64,000 bases of DNA from a virus (Duplodnaviria > Caudoviricetes), in IMG/VR virus record IMGVR_UViG_3300009158_002556, positions 16,927 through 80,926 of that record; one strand, written 5' to 3'. The notes beneath the pieces were generated by a model. It ran no database searches, was not told the DNA's origin, and was given only the letters and a program-made list of their open reading frames with translations. The position numbers were made by a program, and so were the translations under genes. Within the stretch, counting starts at the first letter, position 1. Each line of letters starts with the position of its first letter. Below, in pieces: positions 9,933 to 20,166 of this stretch.

Positions 9933-11396
9933 TTAAAAATAAGTTGTAAAACCAAAGTACTCAGATAAAAATCTTTTCAAGAACTCTGAGTTTCTACCTT
10001 TTAATTCTTTACCACTAGCATATCTCTTATATTGAGACTTCATTCCATCCAAGTCATTTTTCAATGCAAATTCGGTAAATTTAGGAAATTTATTTAGTGT
10101 ACCCATATTGAATACAAAATCAATAAACATTTCTTCTTGTTGGGGAGTTAATTTAACACCACCGACCTCTTTATAAACTTGTTGTTTTGCTTTCGCCAAA
10201 TCTATCTTTAATAGAGATTCAGCTTGTGCATCTGTTATACCTTTACTAAAGTCTTCGCCTTTTTGTATTTTATGACCATATCCAATTGTATCACTGCCAC
10301 CCTCAAAACTTTTATGGGGAAACCAAAGCTTCTTTTCAACATTATATCCAACTTTGCCTTGATTCTCTACCTTCTTGATATAATCAATAAATGAACCGGC
10401 AGATCTTTGTGCTGTTTGCGTAACAGCAGGTTGATTTGTTGGATTTATCTTTGACGCGTCTACTTTACCAGACATTGCACCAAGACCAATTGCTCCAGCA
10501 GCAACCCAATCTTTCCAACCCTCTTCAAGATCGTGTGCAATTTTAACTTCGTCAAACTTTCTACCTTGTGGACCAAAATGGTCTAGATGATGATAAACAT
10601 CATCCAAATATTCACCGGCCAAGTTCAACTTAGATTTTACCCAATCTTCCAACTCAGAGTCTGGTTGCAACATCCCTTCTAATTCTTTTGCATCACTATT
10701 AATTTGCTTTAAAGCACCCATAGCCATGTTACTATCAAATTCCTTCAATAGTTGGTATGTAACTTCTTTATATATTTCTTTTACTGGTTTGCTTTTTGTA
10801 GAGTGTCCAGATTGTCTTAACTTTCTGGCCCTACAATGTGCTTTTTGACTAAAACCCTTCGGATTACTACAATTAATACGTTTCTTATAGTTCATCGACC
10901 ACTTTTCATTTATCTGATCATCAGAAGTACCAGCTTCTTTTTCATCATGATAAAACTTCAAATAGTCACGTACTGTAGCTACATAGTCACATGCGTGATT
11001 TAACTTAGCTTTAACCCAGTCTTCCAAGTTATCATTTACACTAAACATCGATTGTAGTTTTTCACTATAATCAATTATTTTGGTGATATCACTTTGAGAC
11101 ATTTCTGCATTTTCATTCATTGTATCAGAAGCCATTAACTTATCTAACGTATTATTCTTTTGTGCCTTTTTCAAGTCCTTGGTTTGTATTGGTAATAACT
11201 CAGAAGCAGAATATCTAGATTGATCACCAGTAAACACATAGTAACGTGGTAATGTAGCAATCTCCCAATCCGTTTTGATAGGATCTACTATTTTTAAGAA
11301 ATAATAGAATTTATCATTGTACATGTCGGCCGAGGGTCTTGCTTTATCGGAGAAAAACCCTAATTGTCCTGTACGTCTGATCTTGAAAAGAGGCAT
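9933..11396 (-). CDS. multidomain protein with C-terminal phage lysozyme (GH24-like) domain
   Basis: C-terminal KKVEN...DTIGYGHK...ITDAQAESLL...DFVFNMG; two internal LEDWVKxKL repeats. Confidence 0.75.
   Translation of the reverse strand: MPLFKIRRTGQLGFFSDKARPSADMYNDKFYYFLKIVDPIKTDWEIATLPRYYVFTGDQSRYSASELLPIQTKDLKKAQKNNTLDKLMASDTMNENAEMSQSDITKIIDYSEKLQSMFSVNDNLEDWVKAKLNHACDYVATVRDYLKFYHDEKEAGTSDDQINEKWSMNYKKRINCSNPKGFSQKAHCRARKLRQSGHSTKSKPVKEIYKEVTYQLLKEFDSNMAMGALKQINSDAKELEGMLQPDSELEDWVKSKLNLAGEYLDDVYHHLDHFGPQGRKFDEVKIAHDLEEGWKDWVAAGAIGLGAMSGKVDASKINPTNQPAVTQTAQRSAGSFIDYIKKVENQGKVGYNVEKKLWFPHKSFEGGSDTIGYGHKIQKGEDFSKGITDAQAESLLKIDLAKAKQQVYKEVGGVKLTPQQEEMFIDFVFNMGTLNKFPKFTEFALKNDLDGMKSQYKRYASGKELKGRNSEFLKRFLSEYFGFTTYF
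10585..11102 (-). repeat. two copies of an ~50-aa helical domain within the lysozyme-bearing protein
   Basis: MSQSDITK...LEDWVKAKLNHACDYVATVRDYL and MAMGALKQ...LEDWVKSKLNLAGEYLDDVYHHL; boundaries approximate. Confidence 0.75.
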
Positions 11397-11405
11397 ATAG
11401 ATGTA

Positions 11406-12674
11406 TTATTTCTTCTTTAATTTCTTAAGAGTCATTGCTAATCTTGCACGTTGACCAACCTTACCACCCTTCTTTGCGGCAGCTGCTAATTTACCCATAG
11501 GAATCTTTTGACTCTGTGGTACTGATAATTGCTTGTGAAGTGCGCCTTTTTTAGCTGGTTTAATCGCATTTTGAATCCACTTCTTCTTGGTTTCATCGAT
11601 TTCTTTTGATTGTTCGAAAGAAATTTCACCAATATCACCTTGAACTGATGGACCTTCAACACCAGGTGGCAATTGATCGTCATCCATATCTTGAGCAACT
11701 GGTTGTTCATCACCACCCTCAGTGTCGTTTGATGTGGCCAATTGAGCCATCAATAAATCATGAAGTTTTTGTGCGGTTTCACGATCCAAAGTCAACTTGA
11801 TATCTTGAGTCTTTGTTTCTCCACCATCAGTTGAATCACCTGGAACTTCGGTTTCCATATCGGTCATATCATTTTCTTGTTCAATTTCGTGAATTGATTC
11901 CTTGATTAAATTTTTGATAATGTTTCTTAATTGTTCTTTTTTCATAGGTTTTTTACTTTCTGCATATCCGACAAAATCATATCCACTACCATATGTGCCG
12001 GATCCTATCATCGTTCCGTCTACTGGTAATGGACTTTCCGTAACTTGATCTGTATAAGCTTCACTCATTCGCCATCCGCCGCCTTTACTTTTGTACCATT
12101 TAGCAGCCCAACCATTAGCATAAGCGCTGGGATAAATATCAAATTTAGATCTGGCTGCGGATTTGGCTCTAGCCCATAAAGCAGGATTTGTTGGTTTTGG
12201 TTTTCTTTTACCTTTACCAGATTTTCTTCTTTTCTTTTCGTCTAACATAGCTTCCTCTAAGCTATTAAAAGTTTGGCCTTCTAATTCGATGTCAATTGTT
12301 TTGTTTAAAACCGGTTCACTTCGTCTACCATCAACTTGACCATCAGAAGTTCCGTCCATCGATCCGTACATATTTCCTTTTTTTAATCCACCCATACCAA
12401 TTCTAGCAGGATCATTTAAACTAGTAGTTGGATCGCCAACACCAGAACCAGTACCTGCTTGAAATTCCTTAGCCAATCCTGCATTAACTAATTTTGTATA
12501 ATACACAGGATCTTTGGTTAAATGATCCATAGAAATTTCTTTAGCAATTTCTGGATCATTGGTGTGTTCCATTTCCACTTGTACACCAATACTAAGTTGT
12601 GTTGGATCCACTTTATAGGTTGGTGTGTTATCACCAACACCACCTGGAATCTTTTTAATTAAATTGTCAATCAT
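11406..12674 (-). CDS. mosaic protein with DUF5661-like and basic motif modules
   Basis: GVQVEMEHT...MDHLTKDPVYYTKL, PTNPALWARAK...PSAYANGW and KKWIQNAIK...RARLAMTLKK modules separated by acidic or Gly-rich linkers. Confidence 0.65.
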   Translation of the reverse strand: MIDNLIKKIPGGVGDNTPTYKVDPTQLSIGVQVEMEHTNDPEIAKEISMDHLTKDPVYYTKLVNAGLAKEFQAGTGSGVGDPTTSLNDPARIGMGGLKKGNMYGSMDGTSDGQVDGRRSEPVLNKTIDIELEGQTFNSLEEAMLDEKKRRKSGKGKRKPKPTNPALWARAKSAARSKFDIYPSAYANGWAAKWYKSKGGGWRMSEAYTDQVTESPLPVDGTMIGSGTYGSGYDFVGYAESKKPMKKEQLRNIIKNLIKESIHEIEQENDMTDMETEVPGDSTDGGETKTQDIKLTLDRETAQKLHDLLMAQLATSNDTEGGDEQPVAQDMDDDQLPPGVEGPSVQGDIGEISFEQSKEIDETKKKWIQNAIKPAKKGALHKQLSVPQSQKIPMGKLAAAAKKGGKVGQRARLAMTLKKLKKK

Positions 12675-12870
12675 TTTTCTTTAATCCTTGTTGAAATTTT
12701 TCAAATCCTTTACCACCACCATATCCATAATCAATTATCCATCTGCGACCTCTCATAGATGGACTACCAACACTTGGATCGTGGAGCTTACCATCACCTA
12801 TATAATTCCAACCACCTTTTAATGGTTCTGGTTTACGATATGTTGGTTTATCATTAGCAAAGTTACCCAT
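12667..12870 (-). CDS. hypothetical protein
   Basis: 67-aa Gly/Trp-rich ORF overlapping the next gene. Confidence 0.6.
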   Translation of the reverse strand: MGNFANDKPTYRKPEPLKGGWNYIGDGKLHDPSVGSPSMRGRRWIIDYGYGGGKGFEKFQQGLKKND

Positions 12871-12871
12871 A

Positions 12872-13378
12872 TTAATACTCTCTTCTTCGTTGTGCGTATT
12901 TTCTAGCCTTCAAAATGGTCATAATCTCCATCAATGATTCATCTTTGTCATCGGGGTATACACCCATCATATGGAGCTTACTATAGTATTTAGCATCTTT
13001 CTTTAGATTGGTAACAACCTTTTGTTTGGCAACTTGTTTATCTTTTAGTACAAGCTTCTTCATTTCGTAATCAATACCCATGATAATTTCGTCTGGGGTA
13101 ACCTTATACTTGATTTGTTCTACGTCTTTTACGTAATCCCATGGATCTTTACCACCATATGGAGCAAATGGAGAAATATTTGCTTGTGTTTGTTTGGCTG
13201 TAAGGTTAGATTTATCAACCATAGTACCAAATTTATTTGGATCTTGAGCTACATCCGGACTACTGAATGTATCCAAAACGCCTGGTTCTACAGCGCCGGC
13301 AATGGCACCACCTTGACCATAAGGTAAACCTTGCATCATTCTGTCGCCTAGATCTCCTAATTCTCGTAGTTTAGACAT
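12872..13378 (-). CDS. hypothetical protein with diverged DUF5661-like segment
   Basis: IIMGIDYEM...NLKKDAKYYSKL resembles the motif in 11406..12674. Confidence 0.55.
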   Translation of the reverse strand: MSKLRELGDLGDRMMQGLPYGQGGAIAGAVEPGVLDTFSSPDVAQDPNKFGTMVDKSNLTAKQTQANISPFAPYGGKDPWDYVKDVEQIKYKVTPDEIIMGIDYEMKKLVLKDKQVAKQKVVTNLKKDAKYYSKLHMMGVYPDDKDESLMEIMTILKARKYAQRRREY

Positions 13379-13398
13379 ATACTTATAAATATATTAGA

Positions 13399-14130
13399 AT
13401 GACAATACTATACAAAATATGTTTATACGAGGATAGATTGGAAAAACATGGGACGTGTCCTATAGCAAATTCCATTTCTGAATTAACTTTCACATGTCTA
13501 ACTTCACTTTTAACACAAATGACTACGGAAGATGAAATAATTTTCTTTTGTGATGGTGATGATTGTGTGGATAATTTAAAAATATTGTGTAAACGATACA
13601 ACATAAAATATAAACTTTTGACATTTAACTATAAAAGTGCGTCTAAAATTCATTATGAATCGACAACATACTTAAATTTAAACGAAACTCAAGAGCATAT
13701 TTATGTATGTGAAGATGATTATTTACATTTTGATGGATCATTAGTTAAAATTAAAGAATTTTTAAAAAAATATCCAAATTATTTTTGTCATCCAATAGAT
13801 TACCCAAATCTTTATGAATCGGATAATCGATTTGTTTACGAATCACAAATAGTGTTAACTGATACACATCACTGGAGATCTATAAAATCTACTACATATA
13901 CGTTTGCATTTACAAAAACACTATATAATCTACATTATAACACTTTTAAAATAATAAAAGATGATGTGTGGTTAGAACACGGAATTAATTTATTGTATGT
14001 ATTCAACAAATGTTTTAGTCCAATGCCATCATTAACAAGTCACATAACAAATAAATGTCTTCCTTATATAGTAGATACAAAAAAAGTTTATGATGAAAAT
14101 TATAACAAATTTATTCAATCAAACTTTTAA
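13399..14130 (+). CDS. putative GT-A glycosyltransferase
   Basis: IYVCEDDYLH acidic motif; glycan-gene context. Confidence 0.5.
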   Translation: MTILYKICLYEDRLEKHGTCPIANSISELTFTCLTSLLTQMTTEDEIIFFCDGDDCVDNLKILCKRYNIKYKLLTFNYKSASKIHYESTTYLNLNETQEHIYVCEDDYLHFDGSLVKIKEFLKKYPNYFCHPIDYPNLYESDNRFVYESQIVLTDTHHWRSIKSTTYTFAFTKTLYNLHYNTFKIIKDDVWLEHGINLLYVFNKCFSPMPSLTSHITNKCLPYIVDTKKVYDENYNKFIQSNF

Positions 14131-14770
14131 ACCTCTTTAGTGGGATATTACCATCACGATAAGAAAGTTGAGTAAATATAATATCGTTTGGTGTGTATGA
14201 TTTGAACGATTTATCTATATGTGTATAATAATTTATGATAAATTCTATAGAATCATTTATATCATCCATTCTGTTTATTAATTTCTGAAAAATATCTTTG
14301 TTTTTATAAGCAGTCGCGTGTGTAGACCAAGATATACTTATTTCAGAAACATATTCATTTATATAATTTGTTCTCCATCCGTGTGGTAAAAGTTTCGAAC
14401 CACAATAACCTAAATTTATATAACCCCAATCATCAGGGATATTATCCATAAACAATTTTAATTTTTTATCAAAATTTTCTTCAAAACAAATATCATCTTC
14501 AAAAATCAATACATTATTGTAATCGTGAAATAAACAATTTGCAAATATAGAATAATATGCTGATGTTAGACTTATATAAGGTTGAGTATTAATTAATTTA
14601 CCTCCCCAGAAATTTATAGTTTCATAATGAGCACAATATTTTTTATTTGTAGAGAATACAATTTCACAATCTATATTTTTCTCTTTAATAGTTTTTTTAA
14701 TATAATCATATCGATCACTTTTCACGGATGTCGTGATTATGAAAACCTTATTAAAATGATTATGTATCAT
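14111..14770 (-). CDS. GT25-like glycosyltransferase
   Basis: LIFEDDI, INLG and STHATAY motifs. Confidence 0.78.
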   Translation of the reverse strand: MIHNHFNKVFIITTSVKSDRYDYIKKTIKEKNIDCEIVFSTNKKYCAHYETINFWGGKLINTQPYISLTSAYYSIFANCLFHDYNNVLIFEDDICFEENFDKKLKLFMDNIPDDWGYINLGYCGSKLLPHGWRTNYINEYVSEISISWSTHATAYKNKDIFQKLINRMDDINDSIEFIINYYTHIDKSFKSYTPNDIIFTQLSYRDGNIPLKRFKSLIE

Positions 14771-14771
14771 A

Positions 14772-15467
14772 TTAACTTATAAAACTTTTGAAACATTCAT
14801 TTGTTTTATTAAAATTTTTGTCATTGTAATGTTCACTCAATGCACCAACGATTGATTTAGTAGGAGCAAAACATTTATCGCTTACTCTATAATACTTCAT
14901 TATTAATATAGGATCCGGGCCCCAAAATAACATATCAGGTGATTCCATATAATCACAAAAATCTTTTACATTACGTTTAGATACAGCATATGCGTGTGCT
15001 CCATATAAATCTTTTATTTTATTAGAAAACTCATTATATGGTTCAACTTGTGTCTGACTATATGTGTAATTTCTACCTAAATTTAAAACGTCCCAATCGG
15101 TTGGAATGTTATTCATAAACGATTCCAGATTATTTTGATAATTTTCTTCAAAAATAACATCATCTTCAAATATCAACATGTTATCATAATCTGAATATTC
15201 TAATTGACGTAACGCCTGCAAATGAGAAATAGTTGCACTAATTCTATATAAAGATGTATTCATGGGATCTTTAATATTATGTGCATTTATATAATTATAA
15301 TAATGATCTAACAGCGATTCGTGTAAAAACTTTGCATTTACTGCGTGTAAAAAATCAAATTTAATATTTTCTTGAGTAAAATACTTTTTGATATATTCAA
15401 TTCTATTTTTGTGTTCAGATGCGGTAATTACACATATTTTATCAAAGTATTTGTTCAAAACATTCAT
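14772..15467 (-). CDS. GT25-like glycosyltransferase (paralog of the adjacent gene)
   Basis: SHLQAL, LIFEDDV, WDVLNLG and GAHAYAVS motifs. Confidence 0.82.
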   Translation of the reverse strand: MNVLNKYFDKICVITASEHKNRIEYIKKYFTQENIKFDFLHAVNAKFLHESLLDHYYNYINAHNIKDPMNTSLYRISATISHLQALRQLEYSDYDNMLIFEDDVIFEENYQNNLESFMNNIPTDWDVLNLGRNYTYSQTQVEPYNEFSNKIKDLYGAHAYAVSKRNVKDFCDYMESPDMLFWGPDPILIMKYYRVSDKCFAPTKSIVGALSEHYNDKNFNKTNECFKSFIS

Positions 15468-15481
15468 ATCTATACATAGTT

Positions 15482-16384
15482 GTGAAATTTAAAATACTAA
15501 CATACAATAATGGAGTGGGCATAGTAACTGATGCGATTCTATTAAAAGATTTAATTTATAACAACATATCAGAACAAGTAGATGTTAAATTTGTTGGAGA
15601 ACATAGTATAGAAACTGCGGATGTCGGCATATGGATTCAAAATTATAATACAAATCTGTTGAATAATTTTAAGAAAAACATATTTTTTATAAATGAGGAG
15701 TGGGCTGGAATAAATGAATTATCAAATTTACATTTATTTGACTATGTGATATGTAAATCTAAATACGCTAAAGATTTGCTATCTCCATATCATAATGTCA
15801 TACATCTTCCTTTTATATCTAAAGATTACTATGACCCAAATATTGCACGATATAATTCGTACTTACATTTTGCTGGTAGATCAATACAAAAAAACACAGA
15901 ATTAGTATTATCTACATCAAAAAACCTAACTCTTATAGATCCATATAATAGATACAAAGTATGTGAAAATGTAAATCACATTAATGTGTATCAATCTACC
16001 AATCAACTTGTTAATTTACTTAATTCACACAATACACATATATGCTGTAGTTTGTACGAAAGTTGGGGTCATTATTTATATGAAGGACTATCTACAGGTG
16101 CTGAAATAATTTGTAGTGACATACCAGTATTCAGAGAACAATTAGATCCAGATCTCGTACATTTTATTCCTACTACAGAAAGTATTGATTTAAATTACCA
16201 ATACGATGTAGATAATATTAATAAAATTTTTCCTACTAGAAAAAGTTTTTATGTGGATGTAGACGTGTATAATACAATAAATTATTTGAATAAGAAGGGA
16301 TCATCTCAAAAAAGAAGATTTTTATTCAAACATATTGTGGATACTAACTCTAAACGATTAGTTAATTTTTTAAAAAACATATGA
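15482..16384 (+). CDS. GT4-like glycosyltransferase
   Basis: GTG start; HFAGRSIQKNT and ESWGHYLYEGLSTGAEIICSD. Confidence 0.75.
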   Translation: MKFKILTYNNGVGIVTDAILLKDLIYNNISEQVDVKFVGEHSIETADVGIWIQNYNTNLLNNFKKNIFFINEEWAGINELSNLHLFDYVICKSKYAKDLLSPYHNVIHLPFISKDYYDPNIARYNSYLHFAGRSIQKNTELVLSTSKNLTLIDPYNRYKVCENVNHINVYQSTNQLVNLLNSHNTHICCSLYESWGHYLYEGLSTGAEIICSDIPVFREQLDPDLVHFIPTTESIDLNYQYDVDNINKIFPTRKSFYVDVDVYNTINYLNKKGSSQKRRFLFKHIVDTNSKRLVNFLKNI

Positions 16385-16423
16385 TATGTTTAAACGATTG
16401 GAATTATTTTAGTTACAAATAGA

Positions 16424-17434
16424 CTACATATTTAATTTATTTTTAATAAAAGTAGAAGATATATTTTTGGTTCTTTCTATTAAATGTAATTTATCGATGT
16501 GTACTTGATAATACTTGTTAATATAATCTTCATTTTCTCTACCCGCCACAACATAATCCGCACTAATCTTATTAAGAAGATTGTCTGTCACAACTAAGTC
16601 GGCATTTTCATATACATCATCTACGTATTTACACGATTTTACTATTTCAAGTCGATCTTTATATGGTATAGTAGGTTTATTTTTATAAGTCATTACATCT
16701 TCATCATTATGAATGCCAACTATTAACTTACCAAAATTATCTTTGATTCGTTTGAACAAATTTAAATGTCCTATATGAAACATATCAAATACTCCATACG
16801 TATATGCGGTGTATTCGTCTTTTGGTACAACAACATTTTTATCAGGACTATAATTCGGTTTTTCTTCCATAAAATCTACACCATATCTAAATTGCAGATA
16901 TTGATCTAAATGTCTAGGGCATTTAAAATCTAACGTATTAAGTTCAACTGATTCTAATTCATCATAAAAGTGTTTTGGAGTATAAATGTTTGACCATGTA
17001 ATACTCTTTACAAATTTAGAATCGATATACCAAAAGTATATATCCACATGTGTCATTGTAAATTGAGGGTTGTTTTTTGGATATATACAAATATATTCGT
17101 TAGTCGAATGATGTATAATATAATAGTCTTGTGATAATCGTTCACATAACATCTCACTATTAAATTTTTCTTTTTCAAATAATATACTTATATCTAAATC
17201 ACAATCATGATTTATTATTTTTTTATTACGATATGCACCTAATAAAGTACCATAATCTAACCAATATTTTATGTTTAATTCTTGAAGAATATTTGTTACA
17301 CTTTTGAGTTCAATTACATCATATTTTCTATCACAATTGGATGAGATCATATTTTTCTCTTTAATTGTAGTTGCTAAACAAAAATCAGAATCAATTATAT
17401 TAGATTGTTCTTGATGTGATTTAAATTTACTCAT
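16424..17434 (-). CDS. licD: LicD phosphotransferase fused to TagD-like cytidylyltransferase
   Basis: N-half YWLDYGTLLGAYR...HDCDLDI (LicD); C-half GVFDMFHIGHLNL (HxGH) and RTKNISST. Confidence 0.88.
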   Translation of the reverse strand: MSKFKSHQEQSNIIDSDFCLATTIKEKNMISSNCDRKYDVIELKSVTNILQELNIKYWLDYGTLLGAYRNKKIINHDCDLDISILFEKEKFNSEMLCERLSQDYYIIHHSTNEYICIYPKNNPQFTMTHVDIYFWYIDSKFVKSITWSNIYTPKHFYDELESVELNTLDFKCPRHLDQYLQFRYGVDFMEEKPNYSPDKNVVVPKDEYTAYTYGVFDMFHIGHLNLFKRIKDNFGKLIVGIHNDEDVMTYKNKPTIPYKDRLEIVKSCKYVDDVYENADLVVTDNLLNKISADYVVAGRENEDYINKYYQVHIDKLHLIERTKNISSTFIKNKLNM

Positions 17435-18147
17435 ACATTAATTAAATTGTAAGCTTTTATATTTTTGTTATTCGACATTCTTATTGAAGAAAACCCATGC
17501 ATATTCCAGATATCATTCGTATAATTAAATCCAACCTTACCTATCTGATTGGTTCTAGATATAAGAGGAGAGATAACTTCACATTCTTTATAATATGTAT
17601 CTATAACTGCATCAAATGTTATATCCATTCTCCAAAGTTTTAAAAATATATCTTCCCAAAAATTTCGTGTAACACCCAATCCCCATCCTGATAAATAACG
17701 ACATCCATTTAATTTTAATATAACATCGTCGGTCGGAATATTATATATACCATGATCTTTTTCAAATATAAAGTGTTTATTTAGTGTACACAATAAACTA
17801 TCATTCAATAAATTATTTTGCAAACAATACATTGATAACTCATATAAATCTGGAGAACATATAATATCGTCTTCTAATAAAAATGCATAATCAAGTTTAA
17901 GTACTTCAAAACAATAATTGAATGCTACATAATGATTTAATGCTGGTTTAAATCTATAATAATTTCTAAATATAGTTTTGTTCCAATGATCAGGAATCAT
18001 ATCAACCATATTTTCAGAATTTGGTTCAACAAAAAACAAAAAGTTAATTTTATCTAAGTGATTTAGTTTATTAACATGTTGTATATATTGTTTAAAGTAT
18101 TCTACTCGTTCTTTAGAAGAATAACATAAAGGAGTAATAATATTCAT
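17431..18147 (-). CDS. putative GT-A glycosyltransferase
   Basis: FLLEDDI, SGWG and SRTNQIG resemble GT13/GT2-type motifs. Confidence 0.6.
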   Translation of the reverse strand: MNIITPLCYSSKERVEYFKQYIQHVNKLNHLDKINFLFFVEPNSENMVDMIPDHWNKTIFRNYYRFKPALNHYVAFNYCFEVLKLDYAFLLEDDIICSPDLYELSMYCLQNNLLNDSLLCTLNKHFIFEKDHGIYNIPTDDVILKLNGCRYLSGWGLGVTRNFWEDIFLKLWRMDITFDAVIDTYYKECEVISPLISRTNQIGKVGFNYTNDIWNMHGFSSIRMSNNKNIKAYNLINV

Positions 18148-19034
18148 GACATGATTACTGGTACATTTTTAATCGATTCTATAAAATTTGTAACAGGTAA
18201 CTTTATATTAACACAACTGCAATCGTTCAGTCCACTATATATGTTAATATGTTGATTCTCTACTGATACCGACATTGGAAATATAACTTCATATTTTACA
18301 GCATCTTGTAAATCAGTCTTTCTCCATTCCCATAACTTATGCAATAAAGTTTGATCAGTATATTCTTTATTTGATTCAAATATCGGTTCATAATAATAAC
18401 CTATCGGTTCATAATCGTGATTTAATAAAAGTAATCCTATAAAATACTTATATTGTAATTCTCCTGTAGTAATATAGCTGTGAAATAACAAATACTTTTT
18501 TCCAAATATTTCAAATACATTTGTACTTAATCCAGGATTACCATATTTTTCTATCCAAGGTTTCCAATTTAATTGTTTTTTAAATATAATATTTTCATTA
18601 CTATCCATTAATGTATATGGGTTCAGATGATAAATAATACTATCATTTATAAATTGCCAGTGTTTCTCAAAGTGTGCGTTTTGAGTTTTATAGTCAATAA
18701 ATGTTTTTGAATTAATATTATATTTTTTATAATGTACATTTATTACTTTAGTAAGATCAGTCTTATCCAATTTACAAACACATACACCAAATTCATAGTG
18801 GTTAATTAATCTAGCATCCTCATAAGACCAAATATAGTTATCATCTATATAGTGACTTAGTATTATACGATTCGTTGATATATCTATTATATCACTAACT
18901 AATAACTTATTTTCTATCTTCGATTGTCTACGACATATTGTTTTACCTCTATAATGACTTGGATTGAAGTAATTATAGTTGTCATCAAATTGTTTTAAAA
19001 TTTGAACTTCTAAATTTTTTAGGTCAAATATCAT
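18144..19034 (-). CDS. GH130-like five-bladed beta-propeller glycosidase/phosphorylase
   Basis: YFNPS, EDARL, EKHW and VIFPMS...IYSGLND parallel the GH130 motifs EDPR, EKNW and VVFP...YYGAAD. Confidence 0.55.
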   Translation of the reverse strand: MIFDLKNLEVQILKQFDDNYNYFNPSHYRGKTICRRQSKIENKLLVSDIIDISTNRIILSHYIDDNYIWSYEDARLINHYEFGVCVCKLDKTDLTKVINVHYKKYNINSKTFIDYKTQNAHFEKHWQFINDSIIYHLNPYTLMDSNENIIFKKQLNWKPWIEKYGNPGLSTNVFEIFGKKYLLFHSYITTGELQYKYFIGLLLLNHDYEPIGYYYEPIFESNKEYTDQTLLHKLWEWRKTDLQDAVKYEVIFPMSVSVENQHINIYSGLNDCSCVNIKLPVTNFIESIKNVPVIMS

Positions 19035-20164
19035 AAAGAAATACCAGTAATTGTCTTAAAGTTATCTATTAAATAACTAGAAACTGATTCTGATAAACTG
19101 CCATCTGGATAAATTCTACAATTTTCTTCCCAAAACTTTGTGCCTGCATCTGCAATCTTCTTAGCTTCGTCCAAGTTATTGTAGTAATAATTAAGTTTTT
19201 CTTTCAAGTCACTACAATCCAACTTATATTGTACAAAGTGTACATTGGGTGTACCTTCAAACAAATAATCAACCACATTATTTTCATTAATAAATACTAG
19301 GTTATTAAAAGCGAATGATTCGTATTGACGACGAAGTGGTTGACAATTACCTTTAGGTGATAATATAAACTTATGGTTATTTATTTCATTTAAAAATGAA
19401 ACCCGATCTATATGTGGTTTTTTTAAGTCGTTATCTAAAAAACAATCATAAAAATACTTTAAAAATGGAGCTGGATCTGTTCCAGTAACTCTGACATTAT
19501 ACGGAACTCCACTACGTGTTAAATGTAATATTGAATTAAATCTACAATCAATCGCAGGTATGCATCCTGTTATAGCACCTGAAAAATAAAAGAAAGAATC
19601 TTTTTCATCAAATGGTTTTATTTTTTCTTTTAAGATATTAACAAACTCTTCATAATTTTCATTGCTAGCTTCTATATATGTCGGTAACAACATACATTTT
19701 TCTCGTATTACTGGATGATATATTGATTTGTCTTTTTCAATCAAATTATTCATCCAACAATTTACTCTATCATGTAAATCATCATCTATTCTATGATTGA
19801 AAAAATCTGAACCATCGTCATATGATACGACAGAAAATATGTTTTTGAATTTTCTAATATAAGAATTATACTCGCTTTTTAGAGAATAATTTTTATAATT
19901 CAATACATCTGCAAACCAAATATCATAATCATTTATATTTGAAATAATTTTATCATGTGGCACTGAACTAAGTTTTGGTTCATTATCATTTAGAGTCTTA
20001 AAAACTTTAACATTTTTTAAATAATGTTCTCCTTCTATTTGTTCATGTGCTATTTTCTCATCATATAAAACATGAATTGTATGCCCTCTAGATATCAACC
20101 AATTAATTAATGTAACGGATCTTAGAGGTATTCTGGATGATTCAAAACTAAATAATATTTTCAT
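19031..20164 (-). CDS. GT-B glycosyltransferase, GT90/CAP10-like C-terminus
   Basis: FYFSGAITG, HKFILSPKGN and EAKKIADAG. Confidence 0.6.
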   Translation of the reverse strand: MKILFSFESSRIPLRSVTLINWLISRGHTIHVLYDEKIAHEQIEGEHYLKNVKVFKTLNDNEPKLSSVPHDKIISNINDYDIWFADVLNYKNYSLKSEYNSYIRKFKNIFSVVSYDDGSDFFNHRIDDDLHDRVNCWMNNLIEKDKSIYHPVIREKCMLLPTYIEASNENYEEFVNILKEKIKPFDEKDSFFYFSGAITGCIPAIDCRFNSILHLTRSGVPYNVRVTGTDPAPFLKYFYDCFLDNDLKKPHIDRVSFLNEINNHKFILSPKGNCQPLRRQYESFAFNNLVFINENNVVDYLFEGTPNVHFVQYKLDCSDLKEKLNYYYNNLDEAKKIADAGTKFWEENCRIYPDGSLSESVSSYLIDNFKTITGISL

Positions 20165-20166
20165 AG

